Part shown: piece after piece, positions 9,114 to 18,984 of the stretch
How the letters are laid out: the number at the start of each line of letters is the position of its first letter
How positions within the stretch are numbered: the stretch's first letter is position 1
DNA from: a virus
Lineage: Duplodnaviria; Caudoviricetes
DNA length: 64,000 bases
Strand: one strand, 5' to 3'
Virus record (IMG/VR): IMGVR_UViG_3300010429_000303
Span: 1 to 64,000 of that record
Notes under the pieces: generated by a model
Told to the model about the DNA's origin: nothing
Databases searched by the model: none
The model's input: only the letters and a program-made list of their open reading frames with translations
Position numbers and translations under genes: made by a program

Positions 9114-10655
9114 GTGACTATGAAGTTTTTTACTTCGGTAGAATACCGTAAAGGTCAGTTGTTTGTTAGGGGTTATGATGAGGTTGGAGAACAAGTAAAG
9201 TATAAGACTTTAGGAGACGATATAGATCTTAGATTATGGATTCACGATCCTAGTGGTCATTCAGACAAGATCGCCTTTGATGGGAGTCCATTACGTGAAA
9301 CCCGTTTTAACTCATTCAGTGAGATTGAAGACTTCAATAAGTCGTTTGGTAAAGAACATCTCGATATTCATGGAGTATTCCCTTTTGAAAATCAGTATAT
9401 AACCCAAAAAGGTCTTTATGAAAATCCTGATTTTTCAAAGATAAGAATAGCTGTTTGTGATATTGAAACCACTTCAAGTAATGGATTTCCCAGTACGACA
9501 GATCCTCAAGAGATGGTTCAGATTTGTTCTCTGTGGAACTCAAGAACCCAAAGAATTAGAGTATTCTGTTTAGATGTTCCAGACTTGGCTGAAACAGAGT
9601 TTGGCTCAGATGTAGATATTATTCCTTGTCAAACTGAATCTGAGTTGTTGCACAAGGTACTTGATTACTTTGCCCAAGAACAGTTTGATGTTATCTCTGC
9701 TTGGAATGGAGATTTGTTTGACTATCCATATCTATACTACCGAGCAAAAGCTATTCTTTCAAAGAAGGATGCCCAGAAGTTTTCTCCTTGGCGGGTTGTC
9801 GGGGAAAACACTATCAACGTAAATAACCGAACTCTCCCGGTAGTAAACTTTTTGGGTTCTACGTGTCTTGACTATCTTTCTCTCTATAAGAAGTTTATGT
9901 CGGTAAAGCAAGAATCGTATAAGCTTGATCATATAGCCGAAGTTGAACTTGGAGAGAGGAAGTTAGACTATTCCGAGTATGGTACTCTTCAAGAATTTTG
10001 GGAAAAAGATCCCATTAGCTATTTCAAATATAATATTCAAGACGTTAGATTGGTAGTAGCCCTAGACAAGAAACTTAAACTGTTTGAATTGATCTTTACC
10101 TTAGGCTACATTGCAAGAACTAATTTCTCCGATATCTATTCCCCAGTAAAAACATGGGAATCGTTGTGTTACAACTATCTTTGGGATAGGGGAATGGTAG
10201 TTCCTCCTTCAAAGGTTAACACCAAGCAACGTTCATTTGCAGGGGCTTATGTTAAAGAACCTATCCCTGGATTATACACCGACGTGGTATCTTTTGACGT
10301 TACTTCACTTTATCCCTCACTGATTAGAATGTTGAACATTTCTCCTGAGACTAGGATAACTCACTCTACGTTAGAACTTCCAAATACCGATCTCTTAGAA
10401 ACTTTATTGGATATAACTCTAGTCAAAGAACACGACCCGTTAAAGAACCTAATCAAAGAAGTATTACCAGAACAACAATTAACAATGTCTATCAATCAGC
10501 AATTCTACACCAAGACCGTAGAAGGGATGATTCCTAACATCATGAGTTCTTTGTTTAATAGACGTGTGCTAGCAAAGAAAGAAAAGATTAAACTTGAACA
10601 AGAATTAGAGACTTTAGAAGAGGAGTTGGCCTCCAATGCTGAGACCATGGACTGA
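9114..10655 (+). CDS. 43: DNA polymerase gp43, N-terminal subunit (exonuclease, motif A, first fingers helix)
   Basis: DIET, NGDLFDYPY, YNIQDV, SFDVTSLYPS; ends after RRVLAKK. Confidence 0.93.
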   Translation: MTMKFFTSVEYRKGQLFVRGYDEVGEQVKYKTLGDDIDLRLWIHDPSGHSDKIAFDGSPLRETRFNSFSEIEDFNKSFGKEHLDIHGVFPFENQYITQKGLYENPDFSKIRIAVCDIETTSSNGFPSTTDPQEMVQICSLWNSRTQRIRVFCLDVPDLAETEFGSDVDIIPCQTESELLHKVLDYFAQEQFDVISAWNGDLFDYPYLYYRAKAILSKKDAQKFSPWRVVGENTINVNNRTLPVVNFLGSTCLDYLSLYKKFMSVKQESYKLDHIAEVELGERKLDYSEYGTLQEFWEKDPISYFKYNIQDVRLVVALDKKLKLFELIFTLGYIARTNFSDIYSPVKTWESLCYNYLWDRGMVVPPSKVNTKQRSFAGAYVKEPIPGLYTDVVSFDVTSLYPSLIRMLNISPETRITHSTLELPNTDLLETLLDITLVKEHDPLKNLIKEVLPEQQLTMSINQQFYTKTVEGMIPNIMSSLFNRRVLAKKEKIKLEQELETLEEELASNAETMD

Positions 10656-10878
10656 GAAGAAATGGGTGTGGGACAATGAACTAAACTGTTTAGTTCAGAA
10701 AGTTGAAGTGACTGTTCAGGTGGTAGGTTCAGCTGGATCTATTTTTGTGGAGGAAGGCCCACTCCTGGTGAATAACGGCCAAGAAATCTTTGAGGTGGTC
10801 ACTATTCTTAAAGGACGATTGAAGGGTAAACTCGCCAAACTCCATTCTCAGTCTGAAGATGGATCCATCAACCCATAA
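10636..10878 (+). CDS. Hypothetical protein between gp43 halves
   Basis: 80-aa ORF with AGGAG upstream. Confidence 0.5.
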   Translation: MLRPWTEKKWVWDNELNCLVQKVEVTVQVVGSAGSIFVEEGPLLVNNGQEIFEVVTILKGRLKGKLAKLHSQSEDGSINP

Positions 10879-11492
10879 AGCATTTTCCGAGTATAGACAA
10901 ACATATCTCTAGTAGTGCAGGGTAATGTGATGTAGGTCTGACAACAGAAGAAAACCACATCTCCAGAAGCCAGTTCGGTTCTCCTAGCATTCATGAATCT
11001 ACCTACATCAACCTTTTTCTCTTTATGGAGTCTATCCAGTTCTTCCTCTCGCTCATCATCAGAATCAAAGTCTTTAAGATGATCGATGATATCAGAAACA
11101 CCAAAGGTAATCAGGTTATACTTCTGGCCTTGAGGAAAAACGGTTACTTCGAATCGTGGGTTGAATTTTTTGGGAATGGTACGTTCCCAATACACAGCAG
11201 GGAATGCAGATGTTGCAAACGGTAAATTGTAGGTATTTGCAAGCCAATTTGCTATCAGAGTTCTAATTTCATAGTCTAATCGATCCTCCTCAGGGGGATT
11301 GATTTTTTTCATCTTAGTAAAGTCTAAGGTATTGTTCTTTTCAGTCTGGGAGATATACTTTAAGAAGAGTGGCTTTCCTTGCATAGAAGGAGAAGTTATA
11401 TCCTTAGAGAAGAGAGCCATAGGACTGGACACAATACTCTGAAGCCCACGCTGGAGTTGTTCGTTTTGTAAGAATTCGAGATATGTGACCAT
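10848..11492 (-). CDS. Hypothetical protein, capsid-targeting-like N-terminus (MVTYLEFLQNE)
   Basis: 214-aa antisense ORF preceded by ACTAAATA on the minus strand. Confidence 0.75.
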   Translation of the reverse strand: MVTYLEFLQNEQLQRGLQSIVSSPMALFSKDITSPSMQGKPLFLKYISQTEKNNTLDFTKMKKINPPEEDRLDYEIRTLIANWLANTYNLPFATSAFPAVYWERTIPKKFNPRFEVTVFPQGQKYNLITFGVSDIIDHLKDFDSDDEREEELDRLHKEKKVDVGRFMNARRTELASGDVVFFCCQTYITLPCTTRDMFVYTRKMLYGLMDPSSD

Positions 11493-11508
11493 TGGGAATA
11501 TCCGGTAG

Positions 11509-11537
11509 TTGACTTTTGACTGAATCTATGTTACCCT
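11509..11537 (+). promoter_or_regulatory. Sigma70-type promoter for the gp43 C-terminal gene
   Basis: TTGACT-N17-TACCCT with extended TG. Confidence 0.55.
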
Positions 11538-11540
11538 AAC

Positions 11541-11548
11541 TATTTAGT
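11541..11548 (-). promoter_or_regulatory. Late-promoter motif ACTAAATA
   Basis: tatttagt on + strand, about 50 nt upstream of ORF 11492(-). Confidence 0.6.
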
Positions 11549-11559
11549 GGGAGTGGATA

Positions 11560-12627
11560 ATGCCATCCAGAAGTGAACTTAAAGAAAGAATAACGTTTCT
11601 ACACAACAAGATAGCCTCTTTAGACACAGAACAAAATGCGTTAAAGATCTTAGCTAACTCTGGCTATGGCTCTATTGGTAATCAGTATTTTAGATATTTT
11701 CAGTTAGAGAATGCAGAAGCCATTACCTTGACTGGACAATTCGTGATTAGATATATTGAGAACGAATTGAATGGATTTTTGAATAAACTTATTGGATTAG
11801 AGAAAGACAGAGTCATCATTCTCGATACAGATTCGGTAGTTTTAGAACTTTCTGATCTGTTTATAGACTCAGATATCCCAGTAGAGGATAGGATAGATAT
11901 TCTTGACAACTTTGCTAAACAGACTGTTCAGCCTCATATAGAGAAAACTATCAAAAGGATTGAAACAATCCTTAACTCATTTCCTAAACTCCTTTCAATG
12001 AAACGTGAGATTATAGCCAACAAAACTATTGTGTTGGCTAAGAAACGATATATCATGAATGTCTTTGATAAGGAAGGAGTACGGTTTAAAGAAGCCAAGA
12101 AGAAGATTATGGGCATTGAAGCAGTACGTTCTTCAACTCCCCCTCTCTGTAAGGACATGATCAAGAATACCTTGGATGTATTCTTTACTTCAGATAATGA
12201 ACATATTTTAAACTTCATAGAGGAATGTCGAAGAAGATTCTTTGCCGAAGAGGATCTAGCAAAAATATCATTTCCCCGAGGACTTCAGAGTCTTAGTGAT
12301 TATGAGAACAAGACTCAATCTATCCCTATTCATGTTTCAGCCGCGTTTGCGTTTAATAAGTTTATTAAAGAACAGAACTTAACCAAGAAGTATGAGATTA
12401 TCAAGTCAGGAGAAAAGATAAAGTTTTGTTATCTGACTATTCCAAATCCATTTCATTCTCATGTCATTGGCTGGACTACCACCTGGTGTCCAAAAGAACT
12501 TGAACTGGAAAAGTTTATTGATAAAAATAAACATTTTCAGGTAGGGTACCTCAATGGTATTGAGTCTATCATTACCGCTATTGGGTGGCAAACAGAGTTA
12601 TCTTCAGATTTAAATGACATGTTCTGA
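11560..12627 (+). CDS. 43: DNA polymerase gp43, C-terminal subunit (motifs B, C, thumb)
   Basis: KILANSGYG, ITLTGQ, DTDS, KKRY, GIEAVRSSTP, clamp-binding tail LNDMF. Confidence 0.95.
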   Translation: MPSRSELKERITFLHNKIASLDTEQNALKILANSGYGSIGNQYFRYFQLENAEAITLTGQFVIRYIENELNGFLNKLIGLEKDRVIILDTDSVVLELSDLFIDSDIPVEDRIDILDNFAKQTVQPHIEKTIKRIETILNSFPKLLSMKREIIANKTIVLAKKRYIMNVFDKEGVRFKEAKKKIMGIEAVRSSTPPLCKDMIKNTLDVFFTSDNEHILNFIEECRRRFFAEEDLAKISFPRGLQSLSDYENKTQSIPIHVSAAFAFNKFIKEQNLTKKYEIIKSGEKIKFCYLTIPNPFHSHVIGWTTTWCPKELELEKFIDKNKHFQVGYLNGIESIITAIGWQTELSSDLNDMF

Positions 12628-12644
12628 CCTAAAAGGAACCCCTT

Positions 12645-14114
12645 ATGTCCTCGTTTTTAAAATCAGTAATCAAGCGGATAGACAACAAGAATGCTACTAT
12701 TGCAGATTCTGGAATCTATTCAGATGTAACTGGCTTCATCAATACTGGAACTTTACTCCTTAATGCCTTGTTTTCTGGATCCATGTTCAAAGGAATCCCA
12801 GACAATAAGATTACTATGGTAGCTGGACCTGAAGGGGTAGGCAAGAGCTTTATGCTCCTGTCTATCATCTCATCCTTCTTAAAGGAATACCCGGAAGGGA
12901 ATGCAGTTATCTTTGAATCTGAGTCGGCTATTCAGTCTAAGACACTAACAGACTTCAATATAGACACAGAACGGGTGCTGTTTGTCCCGGTGTCAACTGT
13001 TCAAGAATTTAGGTCACAATCACTTCAGATCTTAGATGAGTATGAAAAGTTACCTGAGGCCCAACGAAAGAAGGAGAGAATGTTTATCTGTCTAGACTCC
13101 TTAGGCAATCTCTCTACCTCAAAGGAGATGGAAGATTCATTGGCAGGAAAAGAGACCATGGACATGACTAGGGCTAAGTTGATTAAGTCTGTTTTTAGGA
13201 CTATCTCCATTCGTCTAGGGTTATTGAAGGTTCCTTTCTTCTGTACCAATCATATCTATATGTCTCAATCTTTATTCCCCTCTGCCATAGCCTCTGGGGG
13301 GTGCCTTATGGTCGGGGAGAAGCTACGGATGTTTGATGGAACTCTTATTCCAATCGAGGAAGTTAAGGTTGGATACCAAGTAGCTACCCAAGCTGGGTCT
13401 GGAACAGTGGCTAAAGTTTGGACCCCTGAAACATTGGATGATGGATTCCCACAATGTTATCGTCTTTTCTTTATTGATGAAGAAAAGACGCTAAGTGTTG
13501 TGAATTGTTCAGAGAATCATAAATTCCTTCTTGATGAAAACTGGGTGCCAGCAAAAGATGTTCAGATTGAGGACAAATTAACGACTAAGGACGGCACGAT
13601 TGAAGTGTTCCATAAGTTTGATTTAGGGTTCAATAAGGTTTATGATATTGAAGTCTTTCCTGACTCAAACTATATTCTTGAAAATGGGTTAATCTGTCAT
13701 AACTCAGGCACTAAGTATGCAGCCTCTACCATTGTATTTCTCTCTAAGAAGAAGGAGAAAGAGGGTACCTTACATGCAGGGAACATCGTACACTGCAAAC
13801 TTGATAAGTCCAGGTTTACTAAAGAAGGCTCTCAGGTTGATCTGTTGATAAACTTCTCCAAGGGTCTAGATCCTTTTTGGGGAGTTTTAGATATGATGAT
13901 TGAAGCTGGTTTAGTGAAACAGAGTGGTACCCGGTATGAATTTCCTTCAGGGGAGAAGGTGTTCAGGAAGGTTGTCAATGCAAATCCAGAGACCTACTTC
14001 ACTCCAGAACTCTTAAATAAACTGGATGAGTTTCTTGGAAAGAAGTTTTTGTATGGTTGTGTTCTAGATAACCAAGATCTCTCTGAGGAGTCTGATGATT
14101 CAGACACCCTCTAA
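12645..14114 (+). CDS. uvsX: RecA-like recombinase UvsX with intein
   Basis: AGPEGVGKS, DSLGNL, DMTRAK, TNHIY, SGG|intein|SGTKYAAS. Confidence 0.93.
   Translation: MSSFLKSVIKRIDNKNATIADSGIYSDVTGFINTGTLLLNALFSGSMFKGIPDNKITMVAGPEGVGKSFMLLSIISSFLKEYPEGNAVIFESESAIQSKTLTDFNIDTERVLFVPVSTVQEFRSQSLQILDEYEKLPEAQRKKERMFICLDSLGNLSTSKEMEDSLAGKETMDMTRAKLIKSVFRTISIRLGLLKVPFFCTNHIYMSQSLFPSAIASGGCLMVGEKLRMFDGTLIPIEEVKVGYQVATQAGSGTVAKVWTPETLDDGFPQCYRLFFIDEEKTLSVVNCSENHKFLLDENWVPAKDVQIEDKLTTKDGTIEVFHKFDLGFNKVYDIEVFPDSNYILENGLICHNSGTKYAASTIVFLSKKKEKEGTLHAGNIVHCKLDKSRFTKEGSQVDLLINFSKGLDPFWGVLDMMIEAGLVKQSGTRYEFPSGEKVFRKVVNANPETYFTPELLNKLDEFLGKKFLYGCVLDNQDLSEESDDSDTL
13302..13703 (+). mobile_element. Mini-intein (134 aa) in UvsX
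   Basis: CLMVGEKL, CSENHKFL, VYDIEV, NGLICHN followed by S. Confidence 0.92.
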
Positions 14115-14142
14115 CTTTTAAGATCACTAAAAAGGATTTCTC

Positions 14143-14544
14143 ATGCTTCATTCAAGCACTTCAGTACTCACTCCTTCAGGGTTTAGCACGGTTGGGACAG
14201 TAAAAGTCAACGACATGCTTAAGACCTATTTTGGTTCTGCTAGAATTCAAAAGATAGATCAAGAGACTGTTGATCTTATGAAAGTCTCTGCTGGACAGAG
14301 CGAGGTTATGTGCTCTGTTGATCAAGAATTTCTGCTTAAGGATGATACTGGATATGTTTTTGATGTACCAGTTCTAGGAAGTGAATTGGTTAAGTATGCA
14401 GTAGATTCTAATTCAGAAGATATGTTAATGACTCTACAGGTAGTAGACTCAGTTACCTTCTGGGGAAAGGATACCCTCTACAGGATTCACCTAGATGATG
14501 ATTTTGTGGCCATCATAACGGATTATCTAGTGGTAAGGACTTGA
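14143..14544 (+). CDS. Free-standing Hint/intein-like protein lacking catalytic residues
   Basis: Intein blocks A, B, F, G recognisable but C1>M, block-B H>Q, HN>RT; AAGGA RBS. Confidence 0.7.
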   Translation: MLHSSTSVLTPSGFSTVGTVKVNDMLKTYFGSARIQKIDQETVDLMKVSAGQSEVMCSVDQEFLLKDDTGYVFDVPVLGSELVKYAVDSNSEDMLMTLQVVDSVTFWGKDTLYRIHLDDDFVAIITDYLVVRT

Positions 14545-14545
14545 T

Positions 14546-15970
14546 ATGGCCAAAGATCTTTTGATCTTAAACCAACTGATTGTCAATCAGGAGTTTCGAG
14601 GAAAAGTAGTTCCCTTCTTAAAGGAGGACTACTTTCAGAACCAGTACCATAAGCTATTGTTCGCAACTATCTATGACTATCTTACTAAGTATGGGGATGT
14701 TCCGTCCAAGGAAGCTTTGGTTATTTTGTTGAAACCAAAGACTATCAACTTCACCGATGAAAACTTTAAAGCCCTTTGTGATATCATAGAATCTGATCTT
14801 TACAATCACAGTGAAATCCACTCCTTACAGTGGCTCTTAGATACGACTGAGGAGTTCTGTCAATCAGAAGCGTTGTTTCTCGGTATTCAGAAGTCTATTG
14901 AGATCTATAAGGGATTAGAGCCTGTCCTGAAGAGGGATGCCATCCCAGACCTCCTTAAAGAAGCATTGGCAGTGAACTTTGACACTGAGATAGGCATAGA
15001 ATACTTTTCTGAATCCGACATAGAAAAACGCTTCAATTACTATCTAAATCCAGAAACTGGAGTTCCCATCAATCTAGAGAAGTTAAATACCATCACCAAT
15101 GGCATTGGAATTCCTAAGAAAGCATTGTCCATCATCTTAGGTTCAACAGGATGTGGTAAAACATTAGTTAAAAACCATCTAGCTGCAGACGCTATTAGAA
15201 ACAACAACAATGTCTTGTACCTAACCATGGAAATGACTGCAGAACGGATAGCTCAACGGATTGACGCAAACTTGTTGGATATGGATTTAAATATCATTCC
15301 AGGGTTACCTTTCCCGGAGTATCGAGATAAACTGATTAGGCTAAGAGAGACCTTCAAGGGTAAACTGTTTATCAAAGAGTTTCCAACGGCTTCGGCAAAT
15401 TCCCTTCACTTTAGACAGATTATAGATGAGTTGTATCAGAAGAAGGGGGTTAAACTAGATCTTGTAGTAATTGACTATCTAAATATCTGTCTCTCTTCTA
15501 GGTACAAAACTCACAGTGGAGTAAACTCATACACTCTCCTTAAAGCAGTGGCAGAGGAGTTACGGTCATTAGCGATGGAATACAACTGTGCATTTTTAAC
15601 TTCTTCACAAATAAATAGATCAGGGTATGATAACATGGATGCTGGACTAGAATCTATCTCAGAATCTATGGGCATTGTGCATACCGGAGACTTAGTCCTA
15701 TCCTTGTTCAGAAACGATACCTTAGACAGTCTCGATAGAATTATGGTAACCCAGCTTAAGAATAGGTTTAGTGATATCTCCAGTCTTAAACGTTTCTTAT
15801 TGGGAATAACTAGAAGTAAGATGAAGTTGTTTGATATCGTTGATTCAGAAGCATTAGACTTCTTAGGTCAAGCCCCCAAACCCACCAGTTCACCAGAAGC
15901 AACTACGGTATCCTCCAGTCACTTTAAAGGAAGAGGAACTAAGTCGTCATTTGATGGATTTCAATTCTAA
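14546..15970 (+). CDS. 41: Replicative helicase gp41 (DnaB-like)
   Basis: GSTGCGKT, YLTMEM, IKEFPT, IDYLNI, AEELR, QLKNRF. Confidence 0.95.
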   Translation: MAKDLLILNQLIVNQEFRGKVVPFLKEDYFQNQYHKLLFATIYDYLTKYGDVPSKEALVILLKPKTINFTDENFKALCDIIESDLYNHSEIHSLQWLLDTTEEFCQSEALFLGIQKSIEIYKGLEPVLKRDAIPDLLKEALAVNFDTEIGIEYFSESDIEKRFNYYLNPETGVPINLEKLNTITNGIGIPKKALSIILGSTGCGKTLVKNHLAADAIRNNNNVLYLTMEMTAERIAQRIDANLLDMDLNIIPGLPFPEYRDKLIRLRETFKGKLFIKEFPTASANSLHFRQIIDELYQKKGVKLDLVVIDYLNICLSSRYKTHSGVNSYTLLKAVAEELRSLAMEYNCAFLTSSQINRSGYDNMDAGLESISESMGIVHTGDLVLSLFRNDTLDSLDRIMVTQLKNRFSDISSLKRFLLGITRSKMKLFDIVDSEALDFLGQAPKPTSSPEATTVSSSHFKGRGTKSSFDGFQF

Positions 15971-15984
15971 AATCGAGGATCACC

Positions 15985-17217
15985 ATGGCTGTAACACAAG
16001 ACACTAAAAACAGGGTGAGCAATACCACCAAGAGTGCTGCTAAGGCAGCAAAAGGATTAGGGAGGTTTGCTGCTTATTTTGTTTTAGAAACTCTTCTTCC
16101 AGGGGAAGTAGGAAAGTTGGTTAGAGGGATTCTACCTAATAATAAAATAGTGTTTACTAGAAGTGAGAAAGAAAGAATCAGAAAGTCTCTGACAAAATAT
16201 GCTTCTCTATTTCGTTCGACTGACCTAGAACCTAAAGCCAATCATCTTCAGGTTGTTGCTGGAGATCCAACAGCATTGCTTATTCCAGTTGATACTACCA
16301 ATACTAATTTAATCGCTATGTTGAATAAGCTGTTAGCGAAAAAGATCAAAGATCGTAGATTACAGACTAATGAAGGAAATTTTGCAATTCTGTTAAAGAA
16401 GAAACCCCAGGGATCTAAAGATCGACAATCGGGGTTTGTTCCCGAAGTGTTGAAGGGAACAAACAAGTGGTTTGAAATTGTATCGTCTTTTGTGTATACT
16501 ACTGGATATGCTTCCTTGAAAGAGGCATTTACTCTAACTGAACTTCATACTAGTGAAGTTCTTAGAACGGATATGACAAGTGGTACAAAAGAGTTAGATG
16601 AAAATGTCAGAACCTTATATACGAATAATGGTTGGAAATATCTGAATGATAAGGTAGCCGATTCATTAGTAGAAGGTATAGCAAAGAAACTAGCTGAGTG
16701 GGCAGATAAACTTAATACCCCTAGTGCTTTTGAACAGATGATAATGGCTACTCAGATGGGTAATTACCTTGGCTTAAGCGATGTTGGGATAAAAGAAGCA
16801 AAGAAACGGTTAAGTAGATTTAAAGAACAGCTTAAATATACTCTTGGTAGTAACGACACCCGAACCAAAACTCCTATAGAAGTTACTTTAGAACTTCAGA
16901 TTGTAAATGAGTCATCACTTCTATACATCTTTGATATTGATCCAGATGTTCCAGCTTTTCGTGATTTTTCTATTCAAGTAAATTTGGCAGAAAAAGAAAT
17001 AACATTTACCTATAATAACCATGAAAACAATTTTGAAAAGAAGGTTAAGAAGGTTGCCGTTGGACGGGATCTAGATTTCACTAAAAGGATTCTAAGTAAT
17101 AGTAAAGACAACTCCTCATTATGGATTGAGTTTGAAAAGGTAATTATAGAGACTTTAATGGAACAAAAAGGAGAGGTGTTGGCATCGTTCATTAAGTTGT
17201 TCAAATCCATGAAATAG
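15985..17217 (+). CDS. Hypothetical protein
   Basis: 410-aa ORF, GAGGA RBS. Confidence 0.8.
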   Translation: MAVTQDTKNRVSNTTKSAAKAAKGLGRFAAYFVLETLLPGEVGKLVRGILPNNKIVFTRSEKERIRKSLTKYASLFRSTDLEPKANHLQVVAGDPTALLIPVDTTNTNLIAMLNKLLAKKIKDRRLQTNEGNFAILLKKKPQGSKDRQSGFVPEVLKGTNKWFEIVSSFVYTTGYASLKEAFTLTELHTSEVLRTDMTSGTKELDENVRTLYTNNGWKYLNDKVADSLVEGIAKKLAEWADKLNTPSAFEQMIMATQMGNYLGLSDVGIKEAKKRLSRFKEQLKYTLGSNDTRTKTPIEVTLELQIVNESSLLYIFDIDPDVPAFRDFSIQVNLAEKEITFTYNNHENNFEKKVKKVAVGRDLDFTKRILSNSKDNSSLWIEFEKVIIETLMEQKGEVLASFIKLFKSMK

Positions 17218-17220
17218 TCC

Positions 17221-17249
17221 TTGATATTTCCGCAAAAATCATATAAACT
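17221..17249 (+). promoter_or_regulatory. Sigma70-type promoter
   Basis: TTGATA-N17-TAAACT. Confidence 0.65.
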
Positions 17250-17284
17250 TAGGGGGTAGGGGTGGTGCTACCTGTCTAAGCACC

Positions 17285-18250
17285 GTGACACAAGGGCAAC
17301 CTGCAATGACCAATATAGATGATTCGATCAGTTCCCGAGTAAATCGTTCTTGGCATACTGCCGTTAGGAACCTTAACAACACCTTTGACAGTGGGCTAAC
17401 CTTTACTTCGAGATGGCTTTATCCGTTCACTAAGATCTTACGAGACAACCCAAATACCGAAGGGATGTTTATCTTTCTATCAGATCCGAGTTGGTTTAAG
17501 TGGTATCTTGACGATGTAGATTTTTCAGATTGTCTGAAACTGTACAATAATCCGGCATACCGACACCCGGAGTCTGGTCGTATTCGAATATTCTTCCCCC
17601 AGAAACTAAGAGCTATGCGAAGGGTCTTGGGGTTTAAGGGCTATCAGACCAATAAACAACTTAAAGAAAGCTTGGGTAAACTGTTCAGAAGTAGATCCTT
17701 CCTTAAGAATCTTTATGCTCACTGGGATGAGATAGCCTATACCGTACCCTACACCGAGTTGGATGTCTTTGTCAAGGTAGATAGAGTTCCCAAGTATCCT
17801 GGCCTAGTTCAAGTCTCCTTGGGAGGAATTCCTAGATTAAGCTCTTCTAAATTATCAATGCTAGCAACTCAGCTAAAGTTCTTTCATAAGAAGGAACTAA
17901 ACTTTCATTCAGACCCCTTTGTCAACTTCTATAAAGAACTGTATCTTGATAGAAAGGTAGTATTTAGACCTAGTGAACTTCCATGGATGTTATCCTGGAG
18001 TGGGATATTTCCGGAACCCATTCTTGCTGGAGTGGTAGATATCAATCGAGAACACTTTCTTCAAGAAACCTTGTTAGGGAAACTGATGTTCTTCTGGTAC
18101 AAATTTTGGAATCATAAGGGTTCTCTTATCACTCATCTTTATTCCAGGGCAGACATACCTAAATTGGAGACTAAGATGAATATCAGATTCCCAGAGTTCA
18201 TGCGAGGAATCCGAAACAACGACGTTTCCCTTGAGCCAGACCTCCTATGA
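17285..18250 (+). CDS. Hypothetical protein
   Basis: 321-aa ORF. Confidence 0.75.
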   Translation: MTQGQPAMTNIDDSISSRVNRSWHTAVRNLNNTFDSGLTFTSRWLYPFTKILRDNPNTEGMFIFLSDPSWFKWYLDDVDFSDCLKLYNNPAYRHPESGRIRIFFPQKLRAMRRVLGFKGYQTNKQLKESLGKLFRSRSFLKNLYAHWDEIAYTVPYTELDVFVKVDRVPKYPGLVQVSLGGIPRLSSSKLSMLATQLKFFHKKELNFHSDPFVNFYKELYLDRKVVFRPSELPWMLSWSGIFPEPILAGVVDINREHFLQETLLGKLMFFWYKFWNHKGSLITHLYSRADIPKLETKMNIRFPEFMRGIRNNDVSLEPDLL

Positions 18251-18972
18251 CCATTCCCTTCAACAAAGACGATCCTGAGTTTCAGAAGTTCTTAGGAAAG
18301 CTGAGAACCTCCTATACCAAAGAACTTCTGGAATCTATCTTGAAAGAATGTAAACCGTTTCTTAAGGCCACTAAGGCCTATAAACGACAGTTATTTCTAA
18401 TGGGAAATGGCTTTGCTTCAGTACCTCCTTTGATCAGGGATACCATTCTATATTGGCAACATCAGAAGTTTGGGTTTTGCCAACAACCCTACTTTACCGT
18501 ATTAAATAAGACCAAGTTAGGGAAGATTTTAGAACGAGTAGTCACTTTCACATCATTCACCACGTCTAAATCCCTTTCTGAAGAAACCATCTACGCTTTT
18601 CCAATTGGGGAGTTTGAAACATTTTGGTCACCACTAGTCCCATCAATCAACTTAATCTTTAAGAATCTCATCTTTAAGAAGCCAGAAAAAGAACAATTCT
18701 TGACTTCGATAAAGTGTTCCCCACACCTTCGAGAAGTTGTTCGGAAACATCAAGAAACCATCCAAGTCTTACAGACTTCTACCTCTAACGCAGAGATCGT
18801 AAAGGCTACCTTAGATATCTTAGCCGATCTTAGATATCAAAATACTGAGTTCTATTCGGGTTATAATTCAGGAAACGAGCTACAATTCAACTGTGTAGGA
18901 TTCTTCTTAGCCAAGAGTTCTGAACTGGATGAAGATTTGTTGAAAACCACCCTTAAAAATTTTAAATCTTGA
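18247..18972 (+). CDS. Hypothetical protein, probable paralogue of 23504..23995
   Basis: LKECKPFLK and AFPIGEF motifs. Confidence 0.7.
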   Translation: MTIPFNKDDPEFQKFLGKLRTSYTKELLESILKECKPFLKATKAYKRQLFLMGNGFASVPPLIRDTILYWQHQKFGFCQQPYFTVLNKTKLGKILERVVTFTSFTTSKSLSEETIYAFPIGEFETFWSPLVPSINLIFKNLIFKKPEKEQFLTSIKCSPHLREVVRKHQETIQVLQTSTSNAEIVKATLDILADLRYQNTEFYSGYNSGNELQFNCVGFFLAKSSELDEDLLKTTLKNFKS

Positions 18973-18984
18973 CGGAGAAACACT

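Noticed and set aside
10656-11559. Group I intron or split intein joining the gp43 halves
   Set aside because: No intein block A or G at the termini, no recognisable intron core or homing endonuclease; gp43B has its own RBS and promoter.
14143-14544. gp40 (syntenic position between uvsX and 41 in T4)
   Set aside because: Sequence follows the Hint block pattern and resembles the adjacent intein; no gp40 similarity recognised.
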